Shown here: piece after piece, positions 9,139-17,438 of the stretch
How the letters are laid out: every line of letters begins with the position of its first letter
Position numbering within the stretch: the first letter of the stretch is position 1
Source of the DNA: an uncultured Pseudomonadales bacterium
GTDB lineage: Bacteria; Patescibacteriota; Microgenomatia; UBA1400; MFAQ01
Direction: 5' to 3'
NCBI GenBank assembly: GCA_964509695.1
Contig: CAZDXN010000003.1
Span: 1-55,428, forward strand
Length of the DNA stretch: 55,428 nucleotides
Translations under genes and position numbers: made by a program
The notes under the pieces: generated by a model
What the model was told of the DNA's origin: nothing
What the model saw: only the letters and a program-made list of their open reading frames with translations
Database searches by the model: none

Positions 9139-11418
9139 ATGAAAGCATACAATTTTGTTCGCGGCCATTTGACAGATGGCCTCGCATTAACGACCGATGA
9201 AAAACTCGGTCGAATTGTATTTCTCGGCGAGGTCGGCCGGGGCCGACGCTATGAGAAAGTGGCGTTGGACCGGCATAACCCGCCGGCGGTGGTAGATGGA
9301 CGCGTGCTGGATTGCCAGCCGCGTAAAGTCACCCTCCAGCCGAAAGACGGGAAGCCCGAGAAGATTTTTTACGTTCTCGAGCAGTCCCGCGGTGGTTCGG
9401 ACGCAGTTTTGGTCCGAATTTTTACCGAGGGGACGTACACAAAGAACACCCGTGGGCGTTGGCAAACGATTGCGGGGAATCCCGAGACCATCATCTCGGG
9501 GTACGGCGCCTACGGCGACGCCGGCCGAATTGGCAACTGGGATGATGGCCTCGTCCTCATGCGCCCGGGAGACGTAGTGAAAGTCACGTTATCCGGGGGC
9601 TCGAAGTTTGAGCCGTATGCGATTTGGTTCAATGATGGCGCCCCCCAATGCGCCACTTGGAAAGAGTACGAGACCCTGACCGCGGTCACTTCGGCGCAAG
9701 CCGAGGCGTCCGGGTCGGGTCTCAAAATTCTTTTCGGCCAAATGCCAACCTTCACTTGGTCTCACGGCAAAGTTGAGCCGGGGATCAAGTTGGCCAAGGG
9801 CCTGACGGGCCCGATGGTGTCGTTAGGTGAATCCGGCCGGGGGCGCACCTTGACCGAGGTGCCTCTGGTCAACTACCCCGTCGAGGGGAAGTTGATCGAG
9901 GCGGCCGTAGCCGTCCTCAAAGAGGAAACCAAACCTTCCCGTTATCCCGGGGGTGAGCCGGAGACGAAAGTCTCTTACGGCTTGACCCAAGGGGCCGCGA
10001 AGGAAGCTGGTTCTGGTTTCCTAGTCAAAGTCTCGAGCTCGTGGGTTTATACCCGTGGGTCGAGTCCGGAGATCTCTGCCTGGAAAGGTAACTCGACTTT
10101 TCTGGCGGAAGGCCGGGGGGCTGAAGGCGATGCTGGCCGGATTTATGATTGGCCGGAAATCCTCGTTGTCCTCCATGAGGGTGACGTTCTTTTTATCCGT
10201 CCGGAAGGCGGATACAAAGTTCGTTCATACACCCTCTTCGTAAAAAACGGTCAGTTGAAAACTGAGCCGTGGGTGACCTGGAAGGTTGAAGACGCGAAGC
10301 GCGACCCCGAGTTCTATGTCGCTAAGGGAACTGCGCCTTCGGCGGGGCTTGTGCCCGCCGAGTGGATTGGGAGGGTCGTTTCCGTCCAGGTCCTCGAGAA
10401 TAGTCGCGATCAAGGCGATCATCTCGAAGAAAAACAGGTCGGTGAGGTCATTTCCATTTCGCCCTTGGTGTTGAATCTGGGGTGGGACGGTCAGGACCGC
10501 TACGACGTGACGATCAATCAGGCGACCTGGGTCCGCCTCGAGAGGGACAAGAAAGTAGTCCGACTCGGAGGCGAAGCCGCCGAAAAGCGGCAGTCGCTTC
10601 GGGCGAGGTTGGAACAGTTGATGGTCGAGGCTGGACAGGCCTTGGCCAAAAGCTACACCTCTCTGGCCAGCGAGGAACTGCGGAAGGAATTGTACGACGC
10701 TTCCCGCAGTTATTACTGGACGCTCGACACCCTGCCCACCGAGGGATGGGGGAATACGATCAGTGCTTTCGTCGAAAAGGCCGAAGCGACCCTGAAGCAA
10801 TTCCGGGAAGTTGAGGCCGAACTTCAAGCCCGCGAAGCGGCCGGAAAGTCGGGTGAAATGATGCCCGATTACCGCGTCCGCCTTGGTGGGTCGAAAAATG
10901 GCCGAGCCGTGGAAACGGCTTGGGCTATTTTGCCGGATGGTTCGACTGTGACCCCGAAAGGGGATTACGGCGAAGCCATTTTCGGCGATTTGACCCCGAC
11001 GGCGCTCGTAGTGACTCATCTCGAGTCCAACTACGGCTACCGCTACTCGGAGGCCTGGATCGTCGCTCATCTGCCCGCCAAGGTGACCGAGGCCCAGAAG
11101 GCCAAGGTTGTCGAGTTGGGGCAAACCGCCCACAAGTACTTCGTGGGCGGCAAGACCGGCTGGGACCTCGCCGAAAAAGAGGTCTACTTCCAGACCGCCT
11201 ACGACCGGGACTTCCGGACGGAGGAGGAGTTAGCGGCCAATCGCGAGATGACGGCCGCCTTCCCCATTGATTTGGGGATCTGGAAAGTAATGCGTTCCTG
11301 CGAGTCCGGGAAGCGCACGGTCTGGGCAGAACGCCGGACCGAGGGCGATTCGAATCGCCCGAGTGAGGTGATGGCGATGGCCTTCAAAGCGGCCGTGGCC
11401 AAGCGCCTCGATGACTAG
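9139..11418 (+). CDS. Hypothetical protein (759 aa) with a tandem-duplicated ~200-aa domain
   Basis: AAGGAGG SD before ATG 9139 (preferred over the track's GTG 8980); GxGAxGDAGRIxxW motif twice, 204 codons apart. Confidence 0.85.
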   Translation: MKAYNFVRGHLTDGLALTTDEKLGRIVFLGEVGRGRRYEKVALDRHNPPAVVDGRVLDCQPRKVTLQPKDGKPEKIFYVLEQSRGGSDAVLVRIFTEGTYTKNTRGRWQTIAGNPETIISGYGAYGDAGRIGNWDDGLVLMRPGDVVKVTLSGGSKFEPYAIWFNDGAPQCATWKEYETLTAVTSAQAEASGSGLKILFGQMPTFTWSHGKVEPGIKLAKGLTGPMVSLGESGRGRTLTEVPLVNYPVEGKLIEAAVAVLKEETKPSRYPGGEPETKVSYGLTQGAAKEAGSGFLVKVSSSWVYTRGSSPEISAWKGNSTFLAEGRGAEGDAGRIYDWPEILVVLHEGDVLFIRPEGGYKVRSYTLFVKNGQLKTEPWVTWKVEDAKRDPEFYVAKGTAPSAGLVPAEWIGRVVSVQVLENSRDQGDHLEEKQVGEVISISPLVLNLGWDGQDRYDVTINQATWVRLERDKKVVRLGGEAAEKRQSLRARLEQLMVEAGQALAKSYTSLASEELRKELYDASRSYYWTLDTLPTEGWGNTISAFVEKAEATLKQFREVEAELQAREAAGKSGEMMPDYRVRLGGSKNGRAVETAWAILPDGSTVTPKGDYGEAIFGDLTPTALVVTHLESNYGYRYSEAWIVAHLPAKVTEAQKAKVVELGQTAHKYFVGGKTGWDLAEKEVYFQTAYDRDFRTEEELAANREMTAAFPIDLGIWKVMRSCESGKRTVWAERRTEGDSNRPSEVMAMAFKAAVAKRLDD

Positions 11419-11427
11419 TGTCTTTCT

Positions 11428-11468
11428 GGGGTGGCGGGTTTGTAACCCGCCACCCCAATTCTATTTTT
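11428..11468 (+). terminator. Intrinsic terminator-like hairpin
   Basis: GGGGTGGCGGGTT-TGT-AACCCGCCACCCC followed by AATTCTATTTTT. Confidence 0.7.
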
Positions 11469-11537
11469 CTGAAAGAAGAGGAGAGAATGTGTTCGATTGA
11501 AGTAGTTTCGTTTTGCCTGCCTGTGAAGCTTGACCCT

Positions 11538-11576
11538 GGACAGGAATCAGGTGACGCAGGCGGATAAGACGAAATT
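11538..11576 (+). repeat. 39-bp direct repeat, copy 1
   Basis: GGACAGGAATCAGGTGACGCAGGCGGATAAGACGAAATT. Confidence 0.9.
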
Positions 11577-11795
11577 AATGCCCCAGACGTAATAGTACCT
11601 TTCGATTTTATGTTCGAAGGGGATGTTGAGACGCGATAGGGTGAGTCCTGTTGCACTTTGGTAGGTATCAATAAGCCCCCAAACCAGATTGATGGATTCG
11701 ATATAAATGTTGCCCCATTTTATTTGATCGTCTTCGATACCATCGGGGATTGGGAAGACGTCTTGATCAATATCTTGAGATTCTCTTGAGGTCAT
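11547..11795 (-). CDS. Hypothetical protein (82 aa)
   Basis: Overlaps the stop of the upstream ORF (ATGA); its own stop codon is supplied by the 39-bp repeat. Confidence 0.5.
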   Translation of the reverse strand: MTSRESQDIDQDVFPIPDGIEDDQIKWGNIYIESINLVWGLIDTYQSATGLTLSRLNIPFEHKIERYYYVWGINFVLSACVT

Positions 11796-12196
11796 TTCAT
11801 CTCATCTAGGGGGAGATCTATCTCGTCAGCGACCTGCTGGAGTTGATTCCCCGAAAAGATTCGGAAGTGGGGTTGGTCGAGTTGCGATTCTCTCAGTTGT
11901 TGAATGGTTTTTTGCCGTTTTTCGCCTTTGGTTTCAAGTTCTTCAGTAAGCAACCTGTAGGTGACTTCGTCAAAGTCCTTGGTTATTTCTCGAGTTAGCT
12001 CGAGAAATTTCTCCATAAGGGGATAATCTATGACATCAATTTTGGATAAATCAAGACCAGAAACGTTACTTGGAAGTTTTGGGATCTTTTGGTCTTCGAG
12101 CTGTTCTATGACCTTTGATGGTCTAACCGCGGCGGATCGATGGACAGTGGAGATAATGTCACTGATGTCATCAATTGCGTGGTCGGGACGGCTCAT
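11792..12196 (-). CDS. Hypothetical protein (134 aa)
   Basis: TATATT -10 is 6 nt before the ATG; protein-like composition. Confidence 0.7.
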   Translation of the reverse strand: MSRPDHAIDDISDIISTVHRSAAVRPSKVIEQLEDQKIPKLPSNVSGLDLSKIDVIDYPLMEKFLELTREITKDFDEVTYRLLTEELETKGEKRQKTIQQLRESQLDQPHFRIFSGNQLQQVADEIDLPLDEMK

Positions 12197-12231
12197 GGTT
12201 TGAATATAACATCAAATAGGGCCATAATTTC

Positions 12232-12270
12232 GGACAGGAATCGGGTGACGCAGGCAGGTAAGACGAAATT
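12232..12270 (+). repeat. 39-bp direct repeat, copy 2
   Basis: GGACAGGAATCGGGTGACGCAGGCAGGTAAGACGAAATT. Confidence 0.9.
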
Positions 12271-12286
12271 GGGGTATAAAGATAGT

Positions 12287-12790
12287 ATGAGAGAAGCTCA
12301 AGAGAGGATGACGATGAGTCCAAAGGAAAGAATTGATGGTCTGGTTCCGTCTGAGAAGAGGAAGCTAACACATACAATTGTGCATGAAGCGGGGCATGCC
12401 GCAAAGGCAATTTTATTGGGACTAAGAGTTTCCGGATACGTTATTGGAGATTATGGGTGGGGAGACCAGGGTGCTTATAAAAAACCGAAAGGAGTCGTAG
12501 ATGGAAAAGTAATTTTAAACCAAGCTATAGGTGAGACGGACTGGGAAAGGAAATTGAAAATGTCTGCAGCCAGTGGTGCGGCAGCAGAATTGGTGTATTT
12601 TGGATATATTAACTCCACTGCAGGTCAACAAAAGGTTGACCGTTTGACTGGGAATTTTCGTTCCTATAGAGAGATTGATGAAATGGCCAATAAAATTGCT
12701 GATGAACTTGAAGCGAGTGAGATTTTTTATGAGTGTATCCGAAGGATGGCGAGAGGCGAGGCCCTTGATGATTTGAGTGTGAAAACCTGA
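12287..12790 (+). CDS. Stand-alone M41 (FtsH-type) metallopeptidase-like domain protein
   Basis: IVHEAGHA zinc motif and SGAAAELVYFG third-ligand helix; TATAAA is 6 nt before ATG 12287. Confidence 0.75.
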   Translation: MREAQERMTMSPKERIDGLVPSEKRKLTHTIVHEAGHAAKAILLGLRVSGYVIGDYGWGDQGAYKKPKGVVDGKVILNQAIGETDWERKLKMSAASGAAAELVYFGYINSTAGQQKVDRLTGNFRSYREIDEMANKIADELEASEIFYECIRRMARGEALDDLSVKT

Positions 12791-12794
12791 CCTT

Positions 12795-12865
12795 GGACAG
12801 GAATCGGGTGACGCGGGCGGACCTGCTGAAAGCCAAGGCATTCAGGCGGGCGGGTAAGACGAGAT
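12795..12865 (+). repeat. 39-bp direct repeat, copy 3, interrupted by a 33-bp hairpin insertion
   Basis: GGACAGGAATCGGGTGACGCGGGCGG[ACCTGCTGAAAGCCAAGGCATTCAGGCGGGCGG]GTAAGACGAGAT. Confidence 0.88.
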
Positions 12866-12913
12866 GGAGTGGGTTTTTGACAAATGGGATGGGGGTGGCT
12901 ATATTATCGGATA

Positions 12914-13381
12914 ATGAGCGAGAGAATAAGAAGATTTAAGGCGGGGGAAGCGGGGAAAAGTCTGATGTCGTTGATGGCGGGGGAAATTGGTTTTGGGGAA
13001 CCGTTTGAGGATGTCAGTTCTCAGTTGGAGGCGTTGGACGAGATACAAAGGAAGTCCTTGGTCCTACTGGTGGCCTGTGACAGAATTTATGGATTTTTTG
13101 AGAATCGGGTTGGGATGGCCAATGGGCCACGTTTGGTGAAGCTGGTTCGCGACTTGGCCGGTGATCTTCATCTGTCATTCCGGCCCCCGAGCCGGAATCT
13201 AGACGAAATCGATGTCTCCAAAGAAGAGGCGAGAGCGTATTATGATGAGCTCGTGCGAATAGGCGCGATGGAATATATGGGCGAACTTGGTAGAAAGGAT
13301 GTTTTTTGCACGATTTGGGAATGTATCAACAAGATGGTGGGCGAGGAGGAATCAACTTTGGAAGAAGCCTTGCGACCTTAG
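12914..13381 (+). CDS. Hypothetical protein (155 aa) with an in-frame palindromic half-element
   Basis: TTGACA-17-TATATT promoter 8 nt before ATG 12914; TGTCATTCCGGCCCCCGAGCCGGAATCTA at 13173-13201 reads LSFRPPSRNL. Confidence 0.75.
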   Translation: MSERIRRFKAGEAGKSLMSLMAGEIGFGEPFEDVSSQLEALDEIQRKSLVLLVACDRIYGFFENRVGMANGPRLVKLVRDLAGDLHLSFRPPSRNLDEIDVSKEEARAYYDELVRIGAMEYMGELGRKDVFCTIWECINKMVGEEESTLEEALRP

Positions 13382-13387
13382 CCAATA

Positions 13388-13416
13388 AAAAGCCCCCCGC
13401 AGTGCGGGGGGCTTTT
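13388..13416. terminator. Bidirectional terminator
   Basis: AAAAGCCCCCCGC-AGT-GCGGGGGGCTTTT between convergent genes. Confidence 0.85.
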
Positions 13417-13443
13417 CCAAACAATTGTGTGTGGTGTGCCGAG

Positions 13444-14277
13444 TTACTTCGGCGTCGCAGGGGCGGGAGGGGTGGCCTTACGAATGGCCACCATGAGATT
13501 TTGCTGGATCTCATCCCAGTCGGTGCTAAAATCGTCAACTTCATCACTCAAGCGAGTTGTTTCGCTGTCGATCATGCTGACGATGGCGAAGTACTGCTGA
13601 GCCAGTTCGGTTGAACTGAACATGGCGGTCGATAGTTCGAACGAAGCGACCTTACGCTTGATGATCGTCAGGTTTGCCAGCTTGATCAGGTCGATGGCGC
13701 GCGCCAGATTGGCATATTCGCCGATCTTGCCTACCTTGGATACGACACTGGCAGGAGCAGTAGAAGTCCCGCCGGCGCGACGCAGGCATTCGATCGCCTC
13801 GCGGTTCCAGGCGTAGATAGCGTTGGTGTTGAGGCCCATGAACTTCAGGTCGTTGACCATGGAGTTCAAGACGTCGACCGCCTTTTTGGTGACGTAGAGC
13901 CGCTGGATTTCAAGCATAACCTCTTTGTTTGGTTGGAAGCCTTCGGTTTTGACGTTTTCCTCACCGAAGTCTGAGGCAGGAACGGAGAAGAGATTGGTCC
14001 AGTCACGGGCTTCAACGATACATGCGAAGGCGTAGGCCATGTTGGCCACCAGATCCCCATCGTATCCCGGGTAGGGGGTCAGAGTAATGGTGGTTGGGGC
14101 ATCTTCGCGGTACCCGTACCTGGCCACCCCGGGATTTAGGTCATCGTTGACGACTAGGTGCCAGATGGCTGAACGTTTTTCCTTGGTGGTGGTGATACGC
14201 ACCGAGACGATGCGAAGATCTATTTTCACCTCGAGTTCTGCTTTCACAATTGTTGGAATATCAAAGAGCTTGGACAT
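13444..14277 (-). CDS. Hypothetical protein (277 aa) with a helical C-terminal half
   Basis: Strong SD AAGGAGGT before ATG 14277 (preferred over the track's 14547). Confidence 0.75.
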   Translation of the reverse strand: MSKLFDIPTIVKAELEVKIDLRIVSVRITTTKEKRSAIWHLVVNDDLNPGVARYGYREDAPTTITLTPYPGYDGDLVANMAYAFACIVEARDWTNLFSVPASDFGEENVKTEGFQPNKEVMLEIQRLYVTKKAVDVLNSMVNDLKFMGLNTNAIYAWNREAIECLRRAGGTSTAPASVVSKVGKIGEYANLARAIDLIKLANLTIIKRKVASFELSTAMFSSTELAQQYFAIVSMIDSETTRLSDEVDDFSTDWDEIQQNLMVAIRKATPPAPATPK

Positions 14278-14410
14278 GGATACCTCCTTTAGGGGTTGTC
14301 CGGTAGGAAAGGAAGAAAGTACCGCCGCTGTTGACGGATTGGGGAGATGATAGCCTATATATAGTAGATATGCAAACTGGGGGCGGAAAAAGGGGAGAGT
14401 TCTACCTCTT

Positions 14411-14461
14411 GGTAATACTGATTTGACAGGTAGTATTACTTTGGGATACAGTAGTATTACT
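14411..14461 (+). promoter_or_regulatory. TA promoter with repeated operator boxes
   Basis: TTGACA 14423-28 and TACAGT 14447-52; GTAGTATTACT direct repeats at 14430-40 and 14451-61. Confidence 0.65.
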
Positions 14462-14728
14462 ATGGTGGGAACTTCGACAGTTACTTCAAAGGGGCAGGTG
14501 ACGATACCTATGTCTATTCGGGAGTATTTGGACATTAAGGCTGGCAATAAGGTTTATTTTGAAGCTGTATTGAACCCTAGAAGTGTGAAAGTAAGTAAGT
14601 CGTCTGGCAGTACTGTGGATGAGATTGCCGGATCACTTCATTCTGACGTCGGCTATGTGGACTTAAATGTAGTTCGCGAAAAGGTAGCCAAGGACATAGC
14701 TGCATATTATGCCAAAAGGTCGAGATAG
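14462..14728 (+). CDS. AbrB/MazE/SpoVT family antitoxin (VapB-like)
   Basis: STVTSKGQVTIPMSIREYLDIKAGNKVYF. Confidence 0.92.
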   Translation: MVGTSTVTSKGQVTIPMSIREYLDIKAGNKVYFEAVLNPRSVKVSKSSGSTVDEIAGSLHSDVGYVDLNVVREKVAKDIAAYYAKRSR

Positions 14729-15119
14729 AATTGTTTGTGTCGATACAAATGTTGTTTTGAGGCTGATTTTGGCTGATGATGAGGTTTTGCATCGAAGGGC
14801 TAGGGAAATATTTAAAGAAGGTGAGATCGGAAGGGCAAAGATTTACATTGACGAAGTGGTTTTGGCAGAGTGTGTTTGGGTTTTGAAAAGTTTTTATAAG
14901 AAATCCCGGGAGCAGATTTGTGAAGTGCTTTCAAAACTATTATCGCTAAAGTACATGGCTAACCCAAGAGGGAAAATGGCGAGAGAGTCTTTGTTGATTT
15001 ACAAAACAACGAGTCTTAGCCTTGAAGATTGTTGGCTCATGGTATTGTCAAAGAGTCAAAATTACGATTTTCAGACGTTTGACGTCAAGTTACGGAAACG
15101 AGCGGAGAGGGGGAAGTAA
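14709..15119 (+). CDS. PIN-domain toxin (VapC-like)
   Basis: VDTNVVLR, VLAECVWVL, SLEDC and FQTFDVKL PIN acidic residues; overlaps the antitoxin. Confidence 0.92.
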   Translation: MPKGRDRIVCVDTNVVLRLILADDEVLHRRAREIFKEGEIGRAKIYIDEVVLAECVWVLKSFYKKSREQICEVLSKLLSLKYMANPRGKMARESLLIYKTTSLSLEDCWLMVLSKSQNYDFQTFDVKLRKRAERGK

Positions 15120-15123
15120 GGAC

Positions 15124-15177
15124 AAAAAACCCGGGCGAACCCGGGGTTTTTGTTTCGCACCTCCGCCAAAGGCGGAG
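15124..15177. terminator. Bidirectional terminator plus a CTCCGCC-AAA-GGCGGAG palindrome
   Basis: AAAAACCCGGG-CGAA-CCCGGGGTTTTT; second hairpin at 15161-15177. Confidence 0.75.
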
Positions 15178-15192
15178 TTCGCAAAAATTAAA

Positions 15193-15573
15193 TTACTTTA
15201 ATTCAATTTTTGCTCCAGCGGCCTCGAGCTTCGCTTTGGCGGCTTCGGCGTCTTCTTTCTTGGCGTTTTCAAGGAGGACGGCGGGGGTCTTCTCGACTAG
15301 GTTTTTGGCTTCCACCAAACCTAGATCGGTTTTGATCTCGCGAACGGCCTTGATGACACCAATTTTGTTAGCACCGGCATCGGTGATAACAACAGAAAAC
15401 TCAGTCTTCTCTTCGACCGCCGCAGCGGCTACGGGAGCACCTGCCTGCGCTAAAGCTACGGCGGGCGAGGCGGTGACACCGAATTTCTCTTCGAGAGCTT
15501 TGACTAACTCAGCTACTTCCAGAACGGAGAGTTCACTGACTTGGTCAACGATTTTTTGGAGTTTGTCGCTCAT
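15193..15573 (-). CDS. rplL: 50S ribosomal protein L7/L12
   Basis: [37 protein letters not shown] and [11 protein letters not shown]. Confidence 0.98.
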   Translation of the reverse strand: MSDKLQKIVDQVSELSVLEVAELVKALEEKFGVTASPAVALAQAGAPVAAAAVEEKTEFSVVITDAGANKIGVIKAVREIKTDLGLVEAKNLVEKTPAVLLENAKKEDAEAAKAKLEAAGAKIELK

Positions 15574-15616
15574 GTGTTTGTTTGTTAATTAATAATTACT
15601 GGAACCTGTTTCGAGT

Positions 15617-15735
15617 AATTTTTAATTTTCAGTTTTCAATTTGCAGTGAATTTCCAATTGCCCAATTTATAAATAAGTTTGAAAATTTGGGATTTGAAAA
15701 TTTTTTGGAAATTGTAAATTGATAATTGTAAATTA
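15617..15735. repeat. Two inverted heptamer arrays (TAATTTT/CAATTT.. and AAATTGT..) with no gene inside
   Basis: Left arm TAATTTT TAATTTT CAGTTTT CAATTTG; right arm GAAATTG TAAATTG ATAATTG TAAATT. Confidence 0.7.
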
Positions 15736-16260
15736 TTTTTTGATTCTGATGGCGTCGAGGGCATAGACCAGTAATTGGGCTGGAGTGGCGAGCTGACGAA
15801 CCAAGGCTTGGGCTGGAGCTTGGAGTTGGGCGAGGAGAGAGGCGAGGAGCTGTTCGCGGCTGGCCAACTTGCTGAGGACTTCAATATCCTTGATAGAGAG
15901 AATCTTGTCGTCCATTAGGCCGAGCTTGATTTCGGGGAGATTTTTGTCTTTGTCCTTGATGAATTCAGCTAGGGCTTTGGTGGTGGTGACGGCGTCGGTT
16001 TGGGCAAAGATGACGGCGGTGGGACCATTGAGGACGTCTTCGACGTCTTTGGGGAGAGTGCCGAGCTTTTCGGTGAGGGCGAGCTTTAGGAGGTTGTTCT
16101 TGGCGACCATGAATTCACCACCGGAGGTAGCGATTTTGGAACGGAGCAGGGTTTGCTCGGAGACGGAAAGGCCGGCGTAATTGGCCAGAATGACCGCCTT
16201 GGCGGTTTCTAAGCCGTGTTTGACTTCGGCGAGAGAGTGGACGTTTCTTTGACTAGGCAT
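15733..16260 (-). CDS. rplJ: 50S ribosomal protein L10
   Basis: ANYAGLSVSEQTLLR, VAKNNLLKLA, LNGPTA and LSKLASREQLLASL; directly upstream of rplL. Confidence 0.97.
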   Translation of the reverse strand: MPSQRNVHSLAEVKHGLETAKAVILANYAGLSVSEQTLLRSKIATSGGEFMVAKNNLLKLALTEKLGTLPKDVEDVLNGPTAVIFAQTDAVTTTKALAEFIKDKDKNLPEIKLGLMDDKILSIKDIEVLSKLASREQLLASLLAQLQAPAQALVRQLATPAQLLVYALDAIRIKK

Positions 16261-16261
16261 A

Positions 16262-16300
16262 TTTACCTGCTGAGGATTTATTGATAACCTCAGGTCTTTG
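16262..16300 (-). promoter_or_regulatory. L10-leader-like RNA element
   Basis: AAAGAC-CTGAGG-loop-CCTCAG-CAGGTAA just 5' of rplJ, matching the AAGAC-stem-CGAGG pattern of L10 leaders; TATAAT at 16312-17. Confidence 0.65.
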
Positions 16301-16312
16301 GACTAGGGGAGA

Positions 16313-16699
16313 TTATATCACGTTTTTGGCGAGACTGCTCAAGATTCTAGTTTTGCCGAAGTAGCCCATTTTGAGGAGTTGTTTGTCATGGGTGAGAAAA
16401 TAATCGCAATCGGCCTCGATCGCTGATTGGAGCTGAATGTTGTCCTCCAAATCGTCGGTGGGTCCGACCAAGGATCTTTCTTCCAGCAGAGTTCTGGTCA
16501 AATCTACCATTTCAAATTGAGATATTGTGGCATTAGAATTCGGGTTTGGCACTCTTTTTTTCTCGACGTAGAACAAAATATGTATAGATAGAGGCGAGAT
16601 ATACACATGATGTTGATCCAAGTCTGACGCGAGGATTTTGTTTCCTCTTCCTTCAATAAGATCGATAAAGATATTAGTGTCAAGAAAGACTTTGGCCAT
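16313..16699 (-). CDS. PIN-domain toxin (VapC-like)
   Basis: VFLDTNIFID, DLEDNIQ and YFLTHDKQL. Confidence 0.92.
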   Translation of the reverse strand: MAKVFLDTNIFIDLIEGRGNKILASDLDQHHVYISPLSIHILFYVEKKRVPNPNSNATISQFEMVDLTRTLLEERSLVGPTDDLEDNIQLQSAIEADCDYFLTHDKQLLKMGYFGKTRILSSLAKNVI

Positions 16700-16943
16700 G
16701 TTTTTTCATCATTGCTTCGCGATATCTTCTGTCTCTTTCTTCATAGCTTAGTTTGGGGAGATTCATTTTTGTTACAATTTTTAAGACCCTCTTTGCGTCA
16801 AAGATTTTCCCCTCAGCTTTTTGAGGACTGATTTTGCCGATGATCTTAGAACGGTGAACTAAATGGACAGAGGTTCCGGAAGAGAGTAGGTCAACCAGAT
16901 GAGATGATTTGGTCCGAAGTTCGGTGGTGGTAATTAATTGCAT
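16680..16943 (-). CDS. Phd/YefM-like antitoxin
   Basis: ITTTELRTKSSHLVDLLSSGTSVHLVHRSK; TTGACA-17-TACATT promoter with two AATGTACATT palindromes (16950-59, 16962-71). Confidence 0.8.
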   Translation of the reverse strand: MQLITTTELRTKSSHLVDLLSSGTSVHLVHRSKIIGKISPQKAEGKIFDAKRVLKIVTKMNLPKLSYEERDRRYREAMMKKHGQSLS

Positions 16944-17124
16944 GGTTTAAATGTACATTCTAATGTACATTTTGTCAAGCAAGTTGACAGGTAGTGGTAG
17001 AATTGTGCTTATCTGATCTAGAACTTTATATATTTATATAGATAGTAGGTATCATAAGTTTGGAACAGAGCACTTTAATAATCTGTTCCATAAATAAAAT
17101 CCACACCACAAGGAGAAATAGCTG

Positions 17125-17352
17125 ATGTATTTGATTCCGTTGTATCGATTGCTTGATCGAAACTCGGCCCCACCGCACTCCAAAATTGTGATGGTGAAAC
17201 TTTTGAAATGCACTGGTACTTGTAAAATGAATCTCAGGGCGTTTTTGGCTGATCGTGAAATGCAGGCGCTTGTGACTCTTGATTTGGTCGCTTGGAAAGA
17301 TCGCCGCCTCGTTGTGACTGAAAAGGCCCGTAAATTGGTCGAAGCCGACTAG
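17125..17352 (+). CDS. Small hypothetical protein, possible winged-helix
   Basis: AAGGAGA SD; C-terminal LVTLDLV..LVVTEKARKLV resembles a wHTH wing. Confidence 0.6.
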   Translation: MYLIPLYRLLDRNSAPPHSKIVMVKLLKCTGTCKMNLRAFLADREMQALVTLDLVAWKDRRLVVTEKARKLVEAD

Positions 17353-17438
17353 CCCAAAGCTCATCGGGCAAAAGGTGAGCATTTCAATCAGCCCCCTTCG
17401 GGGCAATATGTCTTACGCCCCTTTGAAAGGAGGGCAAA

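Noticed and set aside
9610-9630. GAGCCGTATGCG resembling group II intron domain V
   Set aside because: It has no GNRA-capped hairpin or domain VI, and it reads in-frame as EPYAIW inside a long ORF.
11538-12865. 39-bp repeats as a CRISPR array or integron attC sites
   Set aside because: The spacers are 520-655 bp and contain genes; there are no cas genes; there is no RYYYAAC/GTTRRRY or attC-type dyad and no integron integrase.
14278-14547. N-terminal 90 aa of track ORF 13444..14547
   Set aside because: It overlaps the divergent TA promoter and antitoxin; ATG 14277 has a canonical SD.
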